NCBI GenBank assembly: GCA_965637545.1
Contig: OZ281494.1
Location: 5,518,001 to 5,582,000 of the forward strand
Direction: 5' to 3'
From: Phallusia mammillata
Taxonomy: Eukaryota
DNA length: 64,000 nucleotides
Position numbers and translations under genes: made by a program. Under the pieces are notes generated by a model, which saw only the letters and a list, made by a program, of their open reading frames with translations, was not told the origin of the DNA and ran no database searches. Below, piece by piece: positions 60,601 through 64,000 of this stretch. The stretch's first letter is position 1; the number at the start of each line of letters is the position of its first letter.

Positions 60601-63413
60601 CAAAAAATTGTGGAATAGCAAAACATATTTTACCATCTAAAGTAATATGCGTTTTTTGAAGAAATTATAAGAAAATTGCTTTGCAACCAGAAAAGGATTG
60701 AGCATATATGAAATTTTCTGTTGTGTAGTATTTTACTATTTTCTGTCATGCTTTTCTATTGTGATTCATGCCAGACATGGTCCTGTAAGTCCACAAAAGT
60801 TTACCATTTCTTGGGCCTGTTCTTGGTTGCTGCTTCTCAAAAAGTTCAGGTTCAATGTGAAAATGCATTGCATCTTCCACCAAATCTCTACAGGCTGTAT
60901 TGTCTCTTACAAGTTTCTAATCAACAACAAAAAAACATGATCATTATAAATAGAAATTTTCATATTTCATTAGTTGATGAACATAAATTCATAACTGGGA
61001 TCAGCCCTGAAGCGTCGATGCAGACCAGCGATCACGGCACACTCATATATAAATCACAGTACGCCAGGCCCATTGAAGGCGCTATACCGAATCAGCCGGT
61101 CACCAAGCATTCACCACCATATGGCAAGGCGTAGGCTAGAAAAATCTAGCCTGCGGTGGGATTCGAACCCACGACAGGAGTCTTTCCGGGAGGTGCTTGT
61201 GATTCGACTTTCGGCGGATTCTCCACTGGGCCTGTGTAGCTCAGTTGGTAGAGCGCGAGTCCCGGAAAGACTCCTGTCGTGGGTTCGAATCCCACCGCAG
61301 GCTAGATTTTTCTAGCCTACGCCTTGCCATATGGTGGTGAATGCTTGGTGACCGGCTGATTCGGTATAGCGCCTTCAATGGGCCTGGCGTACTGTGATTC
61401 ATTAGTTGATATCGCATACTCGACTTGTCTGGTTTTTTTGGTTTATATTTACCGACCATCTGGATTTTCACATACCTCTTTTCTTACAGTGTTGGAAAGA
61501 AATTGCTTTGTGACAAACTGAAGTCGCAGCAAACCAAAAAGTTCTGGGAAAGCTTCTTGTCTTTTAGGTAAATTGTGATTAGTCCAATTCATCAGTGCAG
61601 TAAAGAGCACATCTTCTGTTTCTACCTGACATTCAAATGGCATTAGAAACTGGTTCGGACAAATTGAATTTTACTTAAAATATGTAATGCATTACAAATA
61701 CAAAGTATTAAAAGTAATCTTTTTCTTACAAACATTTGTTAGCTCTGTAATAATAATTTAAAGCAACAACATTTTTTACAGGATCAATGTCATGATAGAG
61801 TGCATACTTTTATTTCATCAGATTGGAGAAACATCTGTACTTCATTTTTAGGGAGATCCAAAAATTTTGTTGATTGACAAACTTCACTAAAGTTTTTGTA
61901 AGTACATTCCTCAGTTTTTTGTTGAAGAGAAACCAAAGCAACTAGATGACTAATTTCCTTTAGGTTTAATGAGTTTGAGGGTTCAACAACATCCAGCAAA
62001 TACTCATCAATCATTTCTAACAAATCTAAATAGTTGAAAAAAATTAAAACATTTACTAGAAATCAGTGGCCCTGTTTTTAAATGCAAGAAATGGTACAAA
62101 ATAAAATAGAAGGTGGTTTAGCTCGCATTGCTGCTTGTGCATCAGTAAGACTGTGACTTATATGCTTTCAATTTTTGCTTGGGTCACAAATTAAGTTTTG
62201 TAACCTTTGTTTGTTTCTGCAGGTAGAAGCTCACAGGTCCCAACACTGGCAAATTTGTGAATGATGCATTTAAAGTGATAAATGTGAAAAAAATTGCTGA
62301 TGTAAACCAAACTATGGAAATCAACATACTATTACTTTCGGTTACAAAAAATTGCATGGAGGCCTAAAAAGAAAAAAATGAATACTGTCAGTTTTCTTTT
62401 GAGTGATTCCACTATATACAGAAACAAAGCTGTTGGGCGCAGCCATTAGATTGAACACATCGATAGTCATGATTGTAGGCTAGGGCCAGTTGGTTTCTGC
62501 TGTCCAGTGTGTATCTAGTTCACACTGTCCAGTGTGTTTCCAGTGCGGAGTGTAGAGTGTTTTATTAAATGAAACACATATTTTTATATATAGTGAAAAA
62601 AACATGTGGTACAAAATTCAGCAGGGAACACTAAATCCCATTTGCAGGGGCATGGCTGGAAACACAAGCTTTCTGACGTCATAACAAAGAGAAATTGTAA
62701 CGGCCTAATCCTCAACACACAAACACGAACAGCTATCAAATTTAGGACATGCAAAATCACGCTACATTTAAATGACTTAGAGCTTGGGCAATTTTAGAAT
62801 TTTATGATGTGAAATCTAATGCTTTTGTAAACAGCCACTACAAAGCCATGTTTATTTTAGGGCTATAGGTTCACAACCCAAAATATTTAAAGTGACAACA
62901 TTTACTTTTCATTTGAAACATAGAAGCAGCTTGTAGAATGCCAAATACATCTTCAACACAAAGAAAGATGTTTCCAGAGTAAATAAAATCCAATATTTGT
63001 TCAATGGCTTGCCAAGACAACTCCTTCAGCTCAACAGTATCAGAGTATTTTTCCATCATCTTAGCAAAGAAAGTTTAAGTCATTTATTATTGGCTATTGT
63101 GTTTACAGTCTTAACAAACACATAGATTGTGCTGCCAACAGTAGCTGTAGCATTTGATATGTTAATTACAATCTCAAACAATGGTGTGTGAAATAAAATT
63201 TGTGCATGCAAGCGCTGTAAATACAAAAACCTTAAATTTATTCTATGTGTTTTAAGGATATAAATTAAGGTGTACGATTTCTAAATACTCACATCTGTTC
63301 GAAACATTGTTGCAAAGTAATCACAACTTGTTGCTAACACATTTCTATGAGCTGGAAATCTTTTTTCATTCACCACAAGTTCAATATCACAAAGAAACCC
63401 TTCTTTTCTCTGT
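57694..63413 (-). CDS. BTB-BACK-Kelch (KLHL-like) gene, multi-exon; start codon not resolved
   Basis: BTB exon 63293-63413 FLCDIELVVNEKRFPAHRNVLATSCDYFATMF; ILDFIYSG..ILQAASMFQM; BACK (FLDLPK, EDVLFTALMNW..LLRL); Kelch repeats (CGG, LGG, W motifs); last exon stop near 57694. Confidence 0.9.
58613..59062. mobile_element. Degenerate hAT-type MITE in a Kelch-gene intron
   Basis: Termini CAATGGTTCCCAACC / GGTTGCAAAACACTG with near-TSD CTTTAAAC / CTTTAATC. Confidence 0.6.
60979..61399. mobile_element. tRNA-derived SINE insertion with inverted duplication
   Basis: Flanking direct repeat TTCATTAGTTGAT (60966-60978, 61398-61410); inverted arms 61052-61191 and 61260-61399. Confidence 0.8.
61230..61303 (+). 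tRNA. tRNA-like cloverleaf (SINE head or pseudo-tRNA; nominal anticodon GGA)
   Basis: Acceptor GCCTGTG/CGCAGGC, D arm GCTC/GAGC, anticodon stem GAGTC/GACTC, T arm GTGGG TTCGAAT CCCAC. C at position 33, an extra base after the D arm and a short variable loop argue against a functional tRNA-Ser. Confidence 0.4.
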
Positions 63414-64000
63414 CTAAAGGTGAGAGCTTGATCAGTAACAACTAGAATGGTATTACTTTAAATACTGCTTTCACGCACGTTTTATGACATGATTAAAAAA
63501 TTTTCATAAAAAATGTAAAGTTGTTGTTTTTAACTCAATAACTAACTCGCCCCTTCTAGAATTGTTTGACTTTTGCAAATTATAGTTTTGTTTCACTTTT
63601 AAACTGGGTTTGGGATTGGCTATTGTCAAAACAATAACGGCTTTTTTCTTAGGAAGTAGGCTGGGGTAAAAATACAACATTAAACGGGCTCCTCTAAAAT
63701 ACGCAATCTACGCAATCTGTACGCAATCTGCTTATAAAACGTATGCAACCTTTAAAAAATGTTGGCGGTTAGGGCTTTTAGGGTCTGGGTGAGGGTTTAT
63801 AATAAAATTAACACTATAATTTAGTTTTAGATGTCCAGTTTGGGCTTAATATTCTCATATGTGTTGAGAGTGGTACTAAACACTGTATGGTACCGCATGT
63901 TAACACTTGTAGAGAAAATTAGACCTGAAAGGCATCTGAAGTTAAATTATAAAGTTAATTGTATCACAAACCATCACCCTGACCCTAATAGCACTAACCG

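Noticed and set aside
61230-61303. Functional tRNA-Ser(GGA) gene
   Set aside because: Lacks U33 and the long variable arm of tRNA-Ser, and sits inside a TSD-flanked SINE-like insertion.
61073-61471. Two ORFs with identical peptide on opposite strands
   Set aside because: A by-product of the inverted repeat.

Overview
AT-rich, intron-containing animal DNA, probably an ascidian/tunicate (inferred from gene content only). Bases 1-44.9 kb are a tandem segmental-duplication array of GPCR genes. It holds two 7-exon LDLa-repeat rhodopsin-type GPCRs with no LRRs (5140-9867, 22883-27589) and three adhesion GPCRs that share 5' exons encoding a Cys-rich N-terminal domain (12497-17632, 31036-36998, 39245-44400). 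The middle adhesion GPCR has a different, cleavable GAIN/7TM, and the third is apparently disabled. Three truncated TM5-TM7 fragments, MITEs, SINEs and a truncated Ty3/Gypsy element with a 43-nt tRNA-Leu copy are interspersed. Bases 44928-56307 are a decayed hAT element (8-bp TSD) containing a full-length, young CsRN1/Kabuki-type Ty3/Gypsy LTR retrotransposon (45664-54884, minus strand). That element carries a third ORF resembling a class III viral fusion glycoprotein (env) and possibly a fourth ORF. The window ends with a minus-strand BTB-BACK-Kelch gene, one intron of which holds a tRNA-derived SINE forming a perfect 140-bp inverted repeat. All alignments were done by eye; no database searches were run.
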